Assembly: GCA_964607375.1 (NCBI GenBank)
Contig: CAZSJY010000002.1
Coordinates: forward strand, 1 to 61,766
Reading direction: 5' to 3'
Length of the DNA: 61,766 nt
Source of the DNA: an uncultured bacterium
GTDB taxonomy: Bacteria; Fidelibacterota; Marinisomatia; SCGC-AAA003-L08; JACNLC01
The position numbers and the translations under genes were made by a program. Positions within the stretch are counted from its first letter, which is position 1, and each line of letters opens with the position of its first letter. This document shows positions 26,603 through 36,266 of the stretch, one piece after another. Under the pieces are notes generated by a model. That model ran no database searches and was not told the origin of the DNA. It worked only from the letters and a program-made list of their open reading frames with translations.

Positions 26603-28215
26603 ATAATCGTAAACAAAATAGAATATTAGTATCAGTTTTTATAGTAATTTCGTTATTGTATTCACAGAATTTTATTTATCAAGAAGACGATTGGTATATT
26701 TTATCTCATCCCGGTGCAATAAATGCTATAGCTGAAACTCCTTTCAATATCTACTTTGCCTCAGATAATGGAATTTACAAATTCGACCGAATGACTAAAG
26801 AATTAGTTTATGACCATTTTTCATCTAGACACTTACCTTCTACGAAAGTGTTTCATTTTTACTATGATTCATATACAGATTATTTTTGGGTAGTTCATAA
26901 TGATGGAATTAGTTATAAATCCACTATAGGGTCACATTGGAATGAAATTTATGATCCAAGTTTAAACACAATTCATCCCTGGGATGTAGAAGATATTGGA
27001 AGTAATGGAGAATATATTTGTATAAAAACCTCATCTTTCATTGTACCTATTGATCCATTTTCTGGAGAGATTAAATACCTCGATGAAGACGAAACACTTG
27101 ATATAGATATGATAACTTGGGGACATTCCAGATTTGGACATAGTGGTGAAAATACAACTGAAATTGGTTTTTTGGAAAATCACGATCAAAGTGATATTTT
27201 TTCTCAAAGAAGGTTCAATGCTCTCGAAATAACTGTTTCATTAACTGATTCAAATGGTGATGAGTGGTTTGGTACAATTTCTGGCGACATTTTGAAAAAA
27301 CCTTATTATTCAAATAGATATTCGATGATAAATATTGGTCCTAATCAACAGCATATAACAGAAATCTACGATGATTCAGAAAACGGAATTTGGTGGTTTG
27401 CCGATAGTGAATTTCGAAGAATTGGTAAGGATATCAATAATCACTCAGTGTTTCTAAGTCAATGGATTGAAAATGAAAATGAGTGGATATTTTATTATTC
27501 AGATGAATCTGTGAGTATTCAAAACACGAGCGTTAATTGCTTACTGCGTTTCGGTGATTTTCTATATATAGGAACAATGGATGGGTTGTTGATTTTAGAT
27601 GTAAGAAATAGGGAATGGAAAAATGTCCGTCGAGGTTTATTGGACACCTCAGTATGGGATATGGTTCAATTTGGGAATTCAATTTTTATTGCAACCGCTC
27701 GAGGAATTAACGAATTCTCAATAATCGGAAATGTAATTACTCAACCAGAAAAAGATAGATTTCAAATATTTCGGGATAACGAAATATACGCTTTAGAGAT
27801 TTCAGATGGATTTTTATATATAGCATCGAGGATAGGGTTGTATCGTGAGAATTTGGAAAAACCTAATTTGGAATTGTTATCAGATAAATTCATTAGAGAA
27901 ATTGATGTAAATGAAGTTCACATTCTTGCATCAAATGGTCAGTTATGGGAAATAAAACCAAAGTCTAACAACCATCTTTTAATAGATTCAGTTTATGGTT
28001 TTTCTGTGTTTGGAGATTTTGTTTGGATTAATTGCTACTATCAAGTTATTCTGCAAAATATTAAGAATGGTGGAGAATGGTCATATAGCTACAAAGATGG
28101 AATCCCTGGAAACAAGATTTACACTATTGATTGTGACAGAGATTGGGTTTGGTTTGGGACTGATAATGGAATAGCTTTTTATAATTGGAGTAAATATCAT
28201 CAAAATGAAAAGTAG
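26599..28215 (+). CDS. Hypothetical exported beta-propeller-like repeat protein
   Basis: It has a signal or anchor helix and recurring W/F-G-T...G-hydrophobic repeats resembling two-component-regulator propeller repeats. Confidence 0.35.
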   Translation: MNNRKQNRILVSVFIVISLLYSQNFIYQEDDWYILSHPGAINAIAETPFNIYFASDNGIYKFDRMTKELVYDHFSSRHLPSTKVFHFYYDSYTDYFWVVHNDGISYKSTIGSHWNEIYDPSLNTIHPWDVEDIGSNGEYICIKTSSFIVPIDPFSGEIKYLDEDETLDIDMITWGHSRFGHSGENTTEIGFLENHDQSDIFSQRRFNALEITVSLTDSNGDEWFGTISGDILKKPYYSNRYSMINIGPNQQHITEIYDDSENGIWWFADSEFRRIGKDINNHSVFLSQWIENENEWIFYYSDESVSIQNTSVNCLLRFGDFLYIGTMDGLLILDVRNREWKNVRRGLLDTSVWDMVQFGNSIFIATARGINEFSIIGNVITQPEKDRFQIFRDNEIYALEISDGFLYIASRIGLYRENLEKPNLELLSDKFIREIDVNEVHILASNGQLWEIKPKSNNHLLIDSVYGFSVFGDFVWINCYYQVILQNIKNGGEWSYSYKDGIPGNKIYTIDCDRDWVWFGTDNGIAFYNWSKYHQNEK

Positions 28216-29380
28216 ATTATTTCTAATTAGTTTTATTTTTTTGTGGAGCTGTAATGTTCCAACAAGTTTTAGAAATAAAGAACACTCTGAAATCAAATTG
28301 TATTCTTATGCATTTATGAACGAACAAAAGGAACAATTCGAAGTTTCATTCTATGCATTTATTCCGTATGATTTGTTAGTATTTACAAAAAAGAATAGCA
28401 GATTTTATGCAGAAAGTGAACTCTCATTAACTGTAACTGATTTAACTTCAAACAAACAAGTATTCAATTATAGTTGGATCGAAAAAGTTGATGAGAAATT
28501 CTATTCAAATACCAGGAATAGCAAAAAGTCAGTTATTACAGGTAGATCATTTTATCAACCTGAAGGTGAATATCTATTAGCACTTAATGTTACAGATTTA
28601 GATAGTAGACACCAATGGAATGTTCAACAAAAAATTAATGTTGCCAGATTTGAACTTTGTAGTGATATTGTACCGATGATAAAAAAGGATGATTCCTTGC
28701 AATTTGTTGGGCATCATATTTCTGGAGAAGTAGATACATTATTTTGCAAATTTCAAGTTTCTGAAGAGAATACAGATGAAGAGATTGCATATTCAATATT
28801 GTTTGCTGATGAGGTGCTGGCTTCAGACACGCTTTTGATTGGTGACATTTCTACAAACAAAACTTGCTTAATTGCAATTCCACTAGAAGAAAATTGGAGT
28901 GGACGACTACAAATTCAACTGCAATTAATAGAAATAACTAAAGAAGTATCAGTCTATGTCAAACGCTCAGTAATGGATAAATATTTATCTGATATAGATG
29001 AAGCTGTAGAAATTATCTCCATTATATTATCCGATAAAGAGATAATTGAATTGGGAAAGTTAAATTCAATGGATAAGAAATTATTCATAGTTGATTTTTG
29101 GAAGAAGAAAGATCCATCAGTTGATTCGGATACAAACGAGTTAATGGAAGAATTTTATAACCGTGTGGAAGAAGCAAATCAGCAATTTTCAACTTATGGA
29201 ACTGGCTGGAGAACTGATAGAGGAAAAGTATATGTTGTTCAGGGTGCACCTGATAATGTAGAAACTACAAGAAGAGGAAGTACAGCTATTTATCAAATTT
29301 GGACATATTCGGATGGTCGTCAATTTATATTTAAGGACAATGGATTCGGAGAATTTAAGTTAATACAAGGAATATGGTGA
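28205..29380 (+). CDS. GWxTD domain protein
   Basis: The C-terminal sequence is GTGWRTDRGKVYVVQGAPDNVE. A lipobox-like LWSC lies at the N-terminus. Confidence 0.7.
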   Translation: MKSRLFLISFIFLWSCNVPTSFRNKEHSEIKLYSYAFMNEQKEQFEVSFYAFIPYDLLVFTKKNSRFYAESELSLTVTDLTSNKQVFNYSWIEKVDEKFYSNTRNSKKSVITGRSFYQPEGEYLLALNVTDLDSRHQWNVQQKINVARFELCSDIVPMIKKDDSLQFVGHHISGEVDTLFCKFQVSEENTDEEIAYSILFADEVLASDTLLIGDISTNKTCLIAIPLEENWSGRLQIQLQLIEITKEVSVYVKRSVMDKYLSDIDEAVEIISIILSDKEIIELGKLNSMDKKLFIVDFWKKKDPSVDSDTNELMEEFYNRVEEANQQFSTYGTGWRTDRGKVYVVQGAPDNVETTRRGSTAIYQIWTYSDGRQFIFKDNGFGEFKLIQGIW

Positions 29381-29381
29381 T

Positions 29382-30203
29382 ATGTGTAAAAAATCTCCGA
29401 TCACAATAGATGATCATTTTTCATTTTCAGGACTAAGTACATTCAAAACATGCAAAGAACAATTTAGAATTGTATATATTGATGGATTAAGAAAAGTGAA
29501 CGAGAGTATAGAAGCGTATATGGGGAAGTGTGTTCACGGAACACTTGAATGGCTATACAACCCAAAAAATCTTACCAAACCTTATATCACTTTTGACAGA
29601 ATATGTAAAGTTTATGATGAAATATGGCTAAAGAATTGGCACGATGAAATTTATATACCAAATCGTCGTTGCACTACTGATGAGTTATATACAACTGGGA
29701 AAAGATGTTTATCAAACTATTACAATAAATATGGACCTATTTTTTCCGAGAAAGTGGTTGGAACTGAATTGTTACTTGAGTTTACAGTTGATGAAAAATA
29801 CTTATTTAGAGGAGTGATTGATCGGTTAGATCAACCTGTTCCAGGAAAATTTGTAATACACGATTACAAAACAGGTAAAAGAACAAAAATGCAGAAGTCG
29901 GCTCAGAAGGATTTACAACTTGCAATGTATCAGATTGCCATTGAACAACATTATGGTCCTGTAAATGAAATTGTATTAAATTGGCATTATCTTAGGAAAG
30001 GAATTGAAGTGTTTGTCAGACATTCAGAGGAGGATATCCAAGAAATTAAAAGTGAATTGATAAAGAAAGTTGATGAAATAATAAAATTATCTGAAGACCT
30101 TAGCAATTTTTATCCTAGAGAATCAAGGTTATGTGATTGGTGCTTTCTGTGGGAAGAATGTTCAGCAAAAGCTGGCCCTAACCCATCAATAAAAGCAATA
30201 TAA
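29382..30203 (+). CDS. PD-(D/E)XK nuclease family protein with a Cas4/AddB-type four-Cys cluster
   Basis: The nuclease motif reads GVIDRLD...VIHDYKTGKR...QLAMY. The Cys pattern is one N-terminal C (FKTC) plus CDWCFLWEEC. Confidence 0.65.
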   Translation: MCKKSPITIDDHFSFSGLSTFKTCKEQFRIVYIDGLRKVNESIEAYMGKCVHGTLEWLYNPKNLTKPYITFDRICKVYDEIWLKNWHDEIYIPNRRCTTDELYTTGKRCLSNYYNKYGPIFSEKVVGTELLLEFTVDEKYLFRGVIDRLDQPVPGKFVIHDYKTGKRTKMQKSAQKDLQLAMYQIAIEQHYGPVNEIVLNWHYLRKGIEVFVRHSEEDIQEIKSELIKKVDEIIKLSEDLSNFYPRESRLCDWCFLWEECSAKAGPNPSIKAI

Positions 30204-30204
30204 A

Positions 30205-31764
30205 ATGATAAATAAAAATAATTTCCTTTTCGTTGTAATAGTATTTTCATTGGTGTTACTCTGTTATATAAATACTTACCCTAAAGATGTAAGAAAAAAT
30301 CTGATAAAAGCTAAAGGCAATAGATCGGAATTATTGAACGCAATTCACTATTTTAAAAGCAAAGGAGATTCTATGCAACTCGATGCTTTGTATTATCTGA
30401 TTAGAAATATGGAAGATCATTGTTATTCAGAATTTTGTTTATTTGATTCAACCAATACCGAAGTACAGTTTAATGTTTTAGATTATGAGAATTATGATTC
30501 TATTATTGTCGGAATTGATGAGATTGAATCTAAGCAAGGGGAATTACACTATGGACGCAAACAACTTGTTTCTGATTTAGAAACGATTACTTGTGATCTA
30601 CTTGTTGAAAATATCGAATTAGCATTTAAGTCTTGGAATGAAAATCCCTGGTCATCTAAAATATCTTATGATGTATTCAAAGAATATATTTTACCCTATC
30701 GAGGTAGTAATGAACCCATTGAACATTGGCGGAATGAGTTAGTTAGTAAATTTTCTGAATTAAAAAATGATGTACTTGATTCTACAAATCTGATAGAGGT
30801 TGCTAAGTTTATAAATAAAGATATCAAATCCTGGTTTACATTCGACCCACGATTTTATTTGCATCCTACAGATCAAGGTTACGCTGAGATGTGCAAAACT
30901 GGTTTAGGGCGATGTGAGGATATGACGAATTTAGCTATCTATGCGATGAGAGCGAACGCAGTACCCGTGACTAGTGATTACACCCCTCATTGGGCAGATA
31001 CTGGTAACAATCACGCTTGGAATGCAATTTTAACACCAAATGGTGAAGCAATACCATTTATGGGTTGTGAGAGTGATCCAACTGATTATACTCTACGAAA
31101 CAAAATGGCGAAAGCTTATCGCAAAACTTTTTCAAAACAATACGATAATCTTGCGTTTAAATTGAAAGATTGGGAAAAAGCTCCAGGTTGGTTATCAGGT
31201 AAATACTATATTGATGTTACAAAACAATATACAGAAGTTGCGGATGTCAAAATTGAATTATCAGAATTTCCTGATAGTGTAAGATTTGCATACCTTTGTG
31301 TTTTTAACTCTGGTGATTGGAAAGCTATTCATTGGTCTGAGATTAAGAATAAATCAGCTGTTTTCACTGATATGGGTATAGGTATAGTTTATCTACCAAT
31401 GTTTTATATTGAAGAGGAATTAGTACCCTGTGAAGTTCCATTTATTCTCAAAAAAGACGGTTCAATCAGAGAATTGTATGAAGTAGATGATAATCTTACC
31501 ACAGTTAAACTTATCTCTACAACAAAAACAACTATTGAAGATGCAACGGAAGGAAAGATAATTACATTTTTAGAAAATGGCGTAGATTATGAATTTTTCT
31601 ATTGGGATGATGAGTGGAAACAAATTGGAACAAAAACTGCAAGTGATGAACCTTTGAGTTTTTCAGATGTCCCATCTAAGTGTTTATATTGGCTTGTTAA
31701 AAAAGATTCAAGAAAAGAAGAGCGAATTTTCACTCTGAAAAATGGGAATCAAATTTGGTGGTAG
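30205..31764 (+). CDS. Transglutaminase-like cysteine protease-fold protein, membrane-anchored
   Basis: It has an N-terminal TM helix. The core reads GLGRCEDMTNLAIYAMRANAVPV...HAWN. Confidence 0.6.
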   Translation: MINKNNFLFVVIVFSLVLLCYINTYPKDVRKNLIKAKGNRSELLNAIHYFKSKGDSMQLDALYYLIRNMEDHCYSEFCLFDSTNTEVQFNVLDYENYDSIIVGIDEIESKQGELHYGRKQLVSDLETITCDLLVENIELAFKSWNENPWSSKISYDVFKEYILPYRGSNEPIEHWRNELVSKFSELKNDVLDSTNLIEVAKFINKDIKSWFTFDPRFYLHPTDQGYAEMCKTGLGRCEDMTNLAIYAMRANAVPVTSDYTPHWADTGNNHAWNAILTPNGEAIPFMGCESDPTDYTLRNKMAKAYRKTFSKQYDNLAFKLKDWEKAPGWLSGKYYIDVTKQYTEVADVKIELSEFPDSVRFAYLCVFNSGDWKAIHWSEIKNKSAVFTDMGIGIVYLPMFYIEEELVPCEVPFILKKDGSIRELYEVDDNLTTVKLISTTKTTIEDATEGKIITFLENGVDYEFFYWDDEWKQIGTKTASDEPLSFSDVPSKCLYWLVKKDSRKEERIFTLKNGNQIWW

Positions 31765-32212
31765 TTTCAGAGTGAAGATAGTTTCACCAAAGACTAAGCT
31801 ACAATTTGAAGAATATTATGATCTTAGATGGAGAATTCTCAGAAAACCTTTGAAACAACCTCGTGGTAGTGAAATTGATGATGATGAATCTAAGTGTATT
31901 CATCGAATGATTGTAGATGAAAATGGTAATGTTATTGGAATCGGTAGATTACAATTCAATTCAAAAACTGAGGCTCAAATCAGATGGATGGCAATTGAAG
32001 AGAAATTTCAAAATATTAGTTTGGGCACAAAATTAATAAGGGATTTAGAGACAATAGCTAAGGAAAGAGGAGCGAAAACAATGGTCTTACAAGCTCGTGA
32101 GATTGCATTAGAGTTTTACTATAAGTTAGGATATTCTTTAATAGAGAAATCGCATCTTATTTTTGATTCTGTTCAGCATTACAAACTTCAGAAAAAACTA
32201 ATTAATTGCTGA
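31742..32212 (+). CDS. GNAT family N-acetyltransferase
   Basis: The motif-A region reads IRWMAIEEKFQNISLGTKLIRDLETIAKERGAK. The start is uncertain, and GTG 31772 is an alternative. Confidence 0.7.
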   Translation: MGIKFGGSFRVKIVSPKTKLQFEEYYDLRWRILRKPLKQPRGSEIDDDESKCIHRMIVDENGNVIGIGRLQFNSKTEAQIRWMAIEEKFQNISLGTKLIRDLETIAKERGAKTMVLQAREIALEFYYKLGYSLIEKSHLIFDSVQHYKLQKKLINC

Positions 32213-32263
32213 ATGACAAATAATATCTTGCACTATTCAAGATTACTATTTAACTTACGAACG

Positions 32264-32338
32264 ATGAAATTGATGAAAATACAAACTATACATAACTGTT
32301 GTTGTTGCAGACAATCCGGGAGATCTATGCAAGAGTAG
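32264..32338 (+). CDS. Candidate cysteine leader peptide MKLMKIQTIHNCCCCRQSGRSMQE
   Basis: Four consecutive Cys codons, TGT TGT TGT TGC, lie at 32297-32308. The ORF ends 24 nt before a strong terminator upstream of cysE-cysK. The frame is also open from ATG 32213. Confidence 0.5.
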   Translation: MKLMKIQTIHNCCCCRQSGRSMQE

Positions 32339-32361
32339 GCGTATTAATCATTTATAATTCG

Positions 32362-32400
32362 AAACCCTTCATCTTGTTTAGATTGAAGGGTTTTTTATTT
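32362..32400 (+). terminator. Intrinsic terminator in the 5' leader of the DUF4395-cysE-cysK operon (attenuator terminator)
   Basis: A 13-bp stem AAACCCTTCATCT/AGATTGAAGGGTTT with one bulged T and loop TGTTT is followed by TTTTTTATTTT. It ends 1 nt before ATG 32402. Confidence 0.8.
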
Positions 32401-32401
32401 T

Positions 32402-32911
32402 ATGGAAAGAGATAGAGTGATGAAGATTAATAAATTATTAGGAAAATTGAAATCAACTAAATACCCGAAAACAGTCAATAATTATATTGTGCGTTCTAAT
32501 GCATTGTTAGTTTTAGTATTAATAACTGTATTTTTGATTACAAAATCAGTTTTTATACTAATATTTATTTGCTATGGATTTTGGATTAGAGTATTGATCG
32601 GACCAAAATTATGTTTACTTACATTTATCTCAAAAAGATTTATACTACCATTGTTTGATAATCCATCCTTGAAGCAATCCGCTTCACCAAAAAGATTTGC
32701 ACAAGGGATTGGTACATTTCTAACAACGATTTCTTTAGGTATTCATTCTTTTGGATACTTACCACTGGCGAATGTAATTATATTGATTTTATTATTTTTT
32801 GTTTTTCTTGAATCAACAATAGGATTCTGCGCAGGATGCTGGACATATAATCAACTTGTAAAGTTAAATGCTATAAGAAGTGAATTTTGTGGAGATTGTA
32901 ACAAAGCTTAA
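32402..32911 (+). CDS. DUF4395 family membrane protein
   Basis: The segments FAQGIGTFLTT and ESTIGFCAGCWTY are typical of DUF4395. Confidence 0.6.
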   Translation: MERDRVMKINKLLGKLKSTKYPKTVNNYIVRSNALLVLVLITVFLITKSVFILIFICYGFWIRVLIGPKLCLLTFISKRFILPLFDNPSLKQSASPKRFAQGIGTFLTTISLGIHSFGYLPLANVIILILLFFVFLESTIGFCAGCWTYNQLVKLNAIRSEFCGDCNKA

Positions 32912-33003
32912 ACCTCAAGAAATTGAAATAAATTCAGTTGTTTTAGTAGGAATTTAGTCTTACTTTAAAAATGTGAAAATTAAAAGAATAACTAAATCAT
33001 AAA

Positions 33004-33888
33004 ATGAAACACCATAAAAACAAAACACTAGTTGCGAAAAGACTATTAAAATCTTACTCAATGGATGAAATTCCATTTTTGTTAGATACTGATGTTAATT
33101 TCCCAAAACGAGAACCTCGTTTTACTGAGTTAGAGTTTCTAAAAGAACTTCTTTTCCCAAATTACTGGAACTGTGGATATTTGAGTATCATCCAAAATCA
33201 ATCTGAACTTGAAAGTAAGCTGAACGAATTTGGGTCTTCATTATGTTTGGGATTAAATCCATATATAAACGATGATAACAAAGTAACTTCTATAATTAAT
33301 AACGTTCTCAATACACTTCCAGATATTAGAGAAAAATTGAAGAAAGATATTCAAGCGGCTTACAATGGGGATCCTTCAGCAACTAGTTATACTGAAATCA
33401 TCCGTTCTTATCCAACAACTTGTGCAGTTATGGTGCAGAGATTCACTCATCAGATCTATAAAAATGGAGCTCCATCTTATGCAAGAGAATTAAATGAACA
33501 TATACATAAAATGACAGGTATTGATATCCATTCAGGTGCTGAAATTGGAGATTACTTTTTTATTGATCACGGAACTGGTGTTGTAATTGGTGAATCTTGT
33601 ATTATTGGTGATCATGTTCGTCTCTATCAGGGAGTAACTTTGGGTGCTCTCCACTTCGAGAAAGAAGAGAATGAGACTGAAATACTCAAGAAAGGGTATA
33701 AACGACATCCAAACATAGGAAATCATGTCGTTATTGGAGCAGGATCAAAAATATTAGGTCCTGTAAGAATCGGTAATAATGTCAATATTGGTGCAAATTC
33801 TTGGATTGAAGAAGATATTCCAGATCATACTGTAGTATTCATTTCAGAACATCCTAAACTCATAAAGAAAAAACGGACAAACAAGTGA
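33004..33888 (+). CDS. cysE: Serine O-acetyltransferase
   Basis: The left-handed beta-helix hexapeptide region reads IHSGAEIGDYFFIDHGTGVVIGESCIIGDHVRLYQGVTLG...IGAGSKILG. Confidence 0.85.
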   Translation: MKHHKNKTLVAKRLLKSYSMDEIPFLLDTDVNFPKREPRFTELEFLKELLFPNYWNCGYLSIIQNQSELESKLNEFGSSLCLGLNPYINDDNKVTSIINNVLNTLPDIREKLKKDIQAAYNGDPSATSYTEIIRSYPTTCAVMVQRFTHQIYKNGAPSYARELNEHIHKMTGIDIHSGAEIGDYFFIDHGTGVVIGESCIIGDHVRLYQGVTLGALHFEKEENETEILKKGYKRHPNIGNHVVIGAGSKILGPVRIGNNVNIGANSWIEEDIPDHTVVFISEHPKLIKKKRTNK

Positions 33889-34808
33889 AGAAATACAATA
33901 ACATTACGGACTTAGTTGGGAATACACCGATAGTTAAATTGAGGAAAGTTGCAGAAGATTGTTTGGGAAGTATTTGGGGAAAACTTGAATCGTTTAATCC
34001 AATGAGTAGTGTAAAAGACCGCATTGGCTTAAGCATGATTTTGGATGCTGAAGAAAAAGGATTTATTGAACCAGGCGATACGATTATTGAACCAACTTCA
34101 GGAAATACAGGTATAGCTTTGGCTTATATATCTGCACAAAAAGGATATACTTTGATTTTGACAATGCCTGAAACAGTATCAAAGGAAAGAGTAGCGATTC
34201 TGAAGGCGTTTGGTGCTGAAGTAATTCTGATAAAACCAGAAGCTGGTCCTGGAATGACTGGAGCAATTGCAAAAGCTGAAGAATTACAAGAAAAGCATGG
34301 TTATTTTATGCCTATGCAGTTTTCAAATCCTGCAAATCCAGAAATTCATAGAAAAACCACTGGTCCTGAAATTGTCGAAGCTTTTAAGGAAATAGGACTG
34401 GATTATTTTGTAGCAGGAATTGGAACTGGTGGAACAATTACTGGTGTTGGGGAAGTTTTACGCAAACATTTTCCGAACATTAATATTATTGCAGTTGAAC
34501 CAAAGAAATCTCCATTGTTAACAGGAGGTTCACCTGGAAAACATACTATTCAAGGAATCGGTGCTGGTTTCATACCAGAAATATTGGATACATCTATCTA
34601 CGACACAGTAATTAAAGTTGATGATGAAGATGCAAAATCAACAACTCAATTGATTGCTAAAACCGAGGGAATATTTGCCGGTATATCAACAGGGGCTGCC
34701 GTGTGGTCTGCTACACAAGTTGCTAAGAGAATGAAGAAAAATGAAAATCTATTAGTTGTTTGCCCTGACACAGGTGAACGATACATAAGTACTGGATTAT
34801 TTGAGTGA
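33885..34808 (+). CDS. cysK: Cysteine synthase A (O-acetylserine sulfhydrylase)
   Basis: The PLP lysine motif NPMSSVKDR and the motifs TSGNTGIALA and GIGTGGTITG are present. Confidence 0.9.
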   Translation: MKKYNNITDLVGNTPIVKLRKVAEDCLGSIWGKLESFNPMSSVKDRIGLSMILDAEEKGFIEPGDTIIEPTSGNTGIALAYISAQKGYTLILTMPETVSKERVAILKAFGAEVILIKPEAGPGMTGAIAKAEELQEKHGYFMPMQFSNPANPEIHRKTTGPEIVEAFKEIGLDYFVAGIGTGGTITGVGEVLRKHFPNINIIAVEPKKSPLLTGGSPGKHTIQGIGAGFIPEILDTSIYDTVIKVDDEDAKSTTQLIAKTEGIFAGISTGAAVWSATQVAKRMKKNENLLVVCPDTGERYISTGLFE

Positions 34809-35178
34809 GAAATTAGTCAAAAGTTGAAGTAAGAAACTGTTAAAATCCATCATCCATAGGTGGAAGAAACACTGAGGTGTTTCAGACAACAAAGTATCAC
34901 CTGCAATAAACTATTTCTTATCAAATTTCTATCTACTTCTAGGCAACTTTTTAGATTAATTCCTTGAGTACAACTACTTTTCTGTGCTGTTATTTTATCC
35001 TTTAAGGAGGAACTCATGTCTATCCAGCAACAGGCAAAAAGAAAGTATAGAAAAAAGTCAAACAAACAAAATTCTTAGGCAATTCTGTTAAACAACTTAA
35101 TATTAAATTCTCCAGTTATGATTGGAAAGAAATAGCTGGATTATCTAAATTTAAGTACATTATTTAGAGCAAATATTA

Positions 35179-36186
35179 GTGGAAAAATCAAAAGAAATTC
35201 TAATTGAAGTAAATGATTTGAAAAAGTACTTTCCTATTCGGAAGGGTTTCTTTTCTCAAATACAAGGTAATGTAAAAGCGGTTGATGGGGTATCCTTCAA
35301 TCTATATAAAGGGGAAACTCTTGGTTTGGTAGGCGAATCCGGTTGTGGTAAAACTACAACTGGGCGACTTATCCTGCGTTTACTCGAACCAACTGCTGGT
35401 TCAGTAAAATTTAAGGGTCAAGAATTAGTAGGATTAACCGAAAGAGAGTTGCGTTCACTTCGTCCTAAAATGCAGATAATATTCCAAGATCCCTTTAGCT
35501 CACTTAATCCAAGAATGACAGTTGGTAATATGCTAGCTGAAGCATTACGAGTCCACAAGATTGTTAATAGAGATCAAATCGAAAAAGAAGTTTTCAGATT
35601 ATTAGATTTGGTTGGATTACCTAAAGCTCATTCAAATCGTTATCCACATGAATTCTCCGGTGGCCAACGACAGAGAATTGGAATTGCTCGAGCATTATCA
35701 GTCAGACCGGAACTAATTATTTGCGATGAACCTGTTTCTGCATTGGATGTATCTATTCAAGCTCAGATTATCAACCTATTAAAAGAACTCCAAACTGAAT
35801 TTAATCTAACTTATTTATTTATTGCACACGATTTATCAGTTGTTGAATATATTTCCGATAGAGTGGCTGTAATGTATTTAGGTAAAATAACTGAATTAGC
35901 GGAATCTAAAGAGTTATACAGAAATACTCAACATCCTTATTCTAAAGCGTTATTATCGGCTGTTCCAGTACCCGATCCTAACAATAAATCTCGTAGAATC
36001 ATCTTGATGGGAGATGTTCCTAGTCCAGCAAATCCTCCTTCGGGGTGTCATTTTCACCCTCGATGTCCATTAGCAAACAATAATGGTGAGACTTTACTAG
36101 ATTGCACTCAAATTATACCCGAATTATTGGAGAAAATCGACAATCACTTTATCTCGTGCCACCAAGTAGAATCTAAAAAACCATAG
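35179..36186 (+). CDS. Oligopeptide/dipeptide-type ABC transporter ATP-binding protein (OppF/DppF-like), without adjacent permease genes
   Basis: Walker [10 protein letters not shown], signature FSGGQRQR and Walker B LIICDE are present. The C-terminal oligopeptide-type extension carries CHFHPRC. Confidence 0.8.
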   Translation: MEKSKEILIEVNDLKKYFPIRKGFFSQIQGNVKAVDGVSFNLYKGETLGLVGESGCGKTTTGRLILRLLEPTAGSVKFKGQELVGLTERELRSLRPKMQIIFQDPFSSLNPRMTVGNMLAEALRVHKIVNRDQIEKEVFRLLDLVGLPKAHSNRYPHEFSGGQRQRIGIARALSVRPELIICDEPVSALDVSIQAQIINLLKELQTEFNLTYLFIAHDLSVVEYISDRVAVMYLGKITELAESKELYRNTQHPYSKALLSAVPVPDPNNKSRRIILMGDVPSPANPPSGCHFHPRCPLANNNGETLLDCTQIIPELLEKIDNHFISCHQVESKKP

Positions 36187-36266
36187 ATAGAGAATGCACA
36201 GGATATAGGAATAGCAGATTGACGAAAAGACAAAAAGACTAAATTCGTTTATTAGGTGCTTTCTTT

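Noticed and set aside
32210-32266. The TGA stop of the GNAT gene is in frame with the Cys-leader ORF (...LINC-TGA-MTNN...).
   Set aside because: There is no structure after this UGA. The GNAT fold is complete before it. The downstream frame is better explained as an independent or translationally coupled leader peptide.
34809-35178. The 370-nt gap after cysK was examined for a structured ncRNA (SRP/4.5S, 6S or riboswitch).
   Set aside because: It contains only one short hairpin (34866-34883, loop UGAG). The conserved SRP motifs and GNRA tetraloop are absent, as are any recognisable riboswitch cores. Nothing can be supported by eye.
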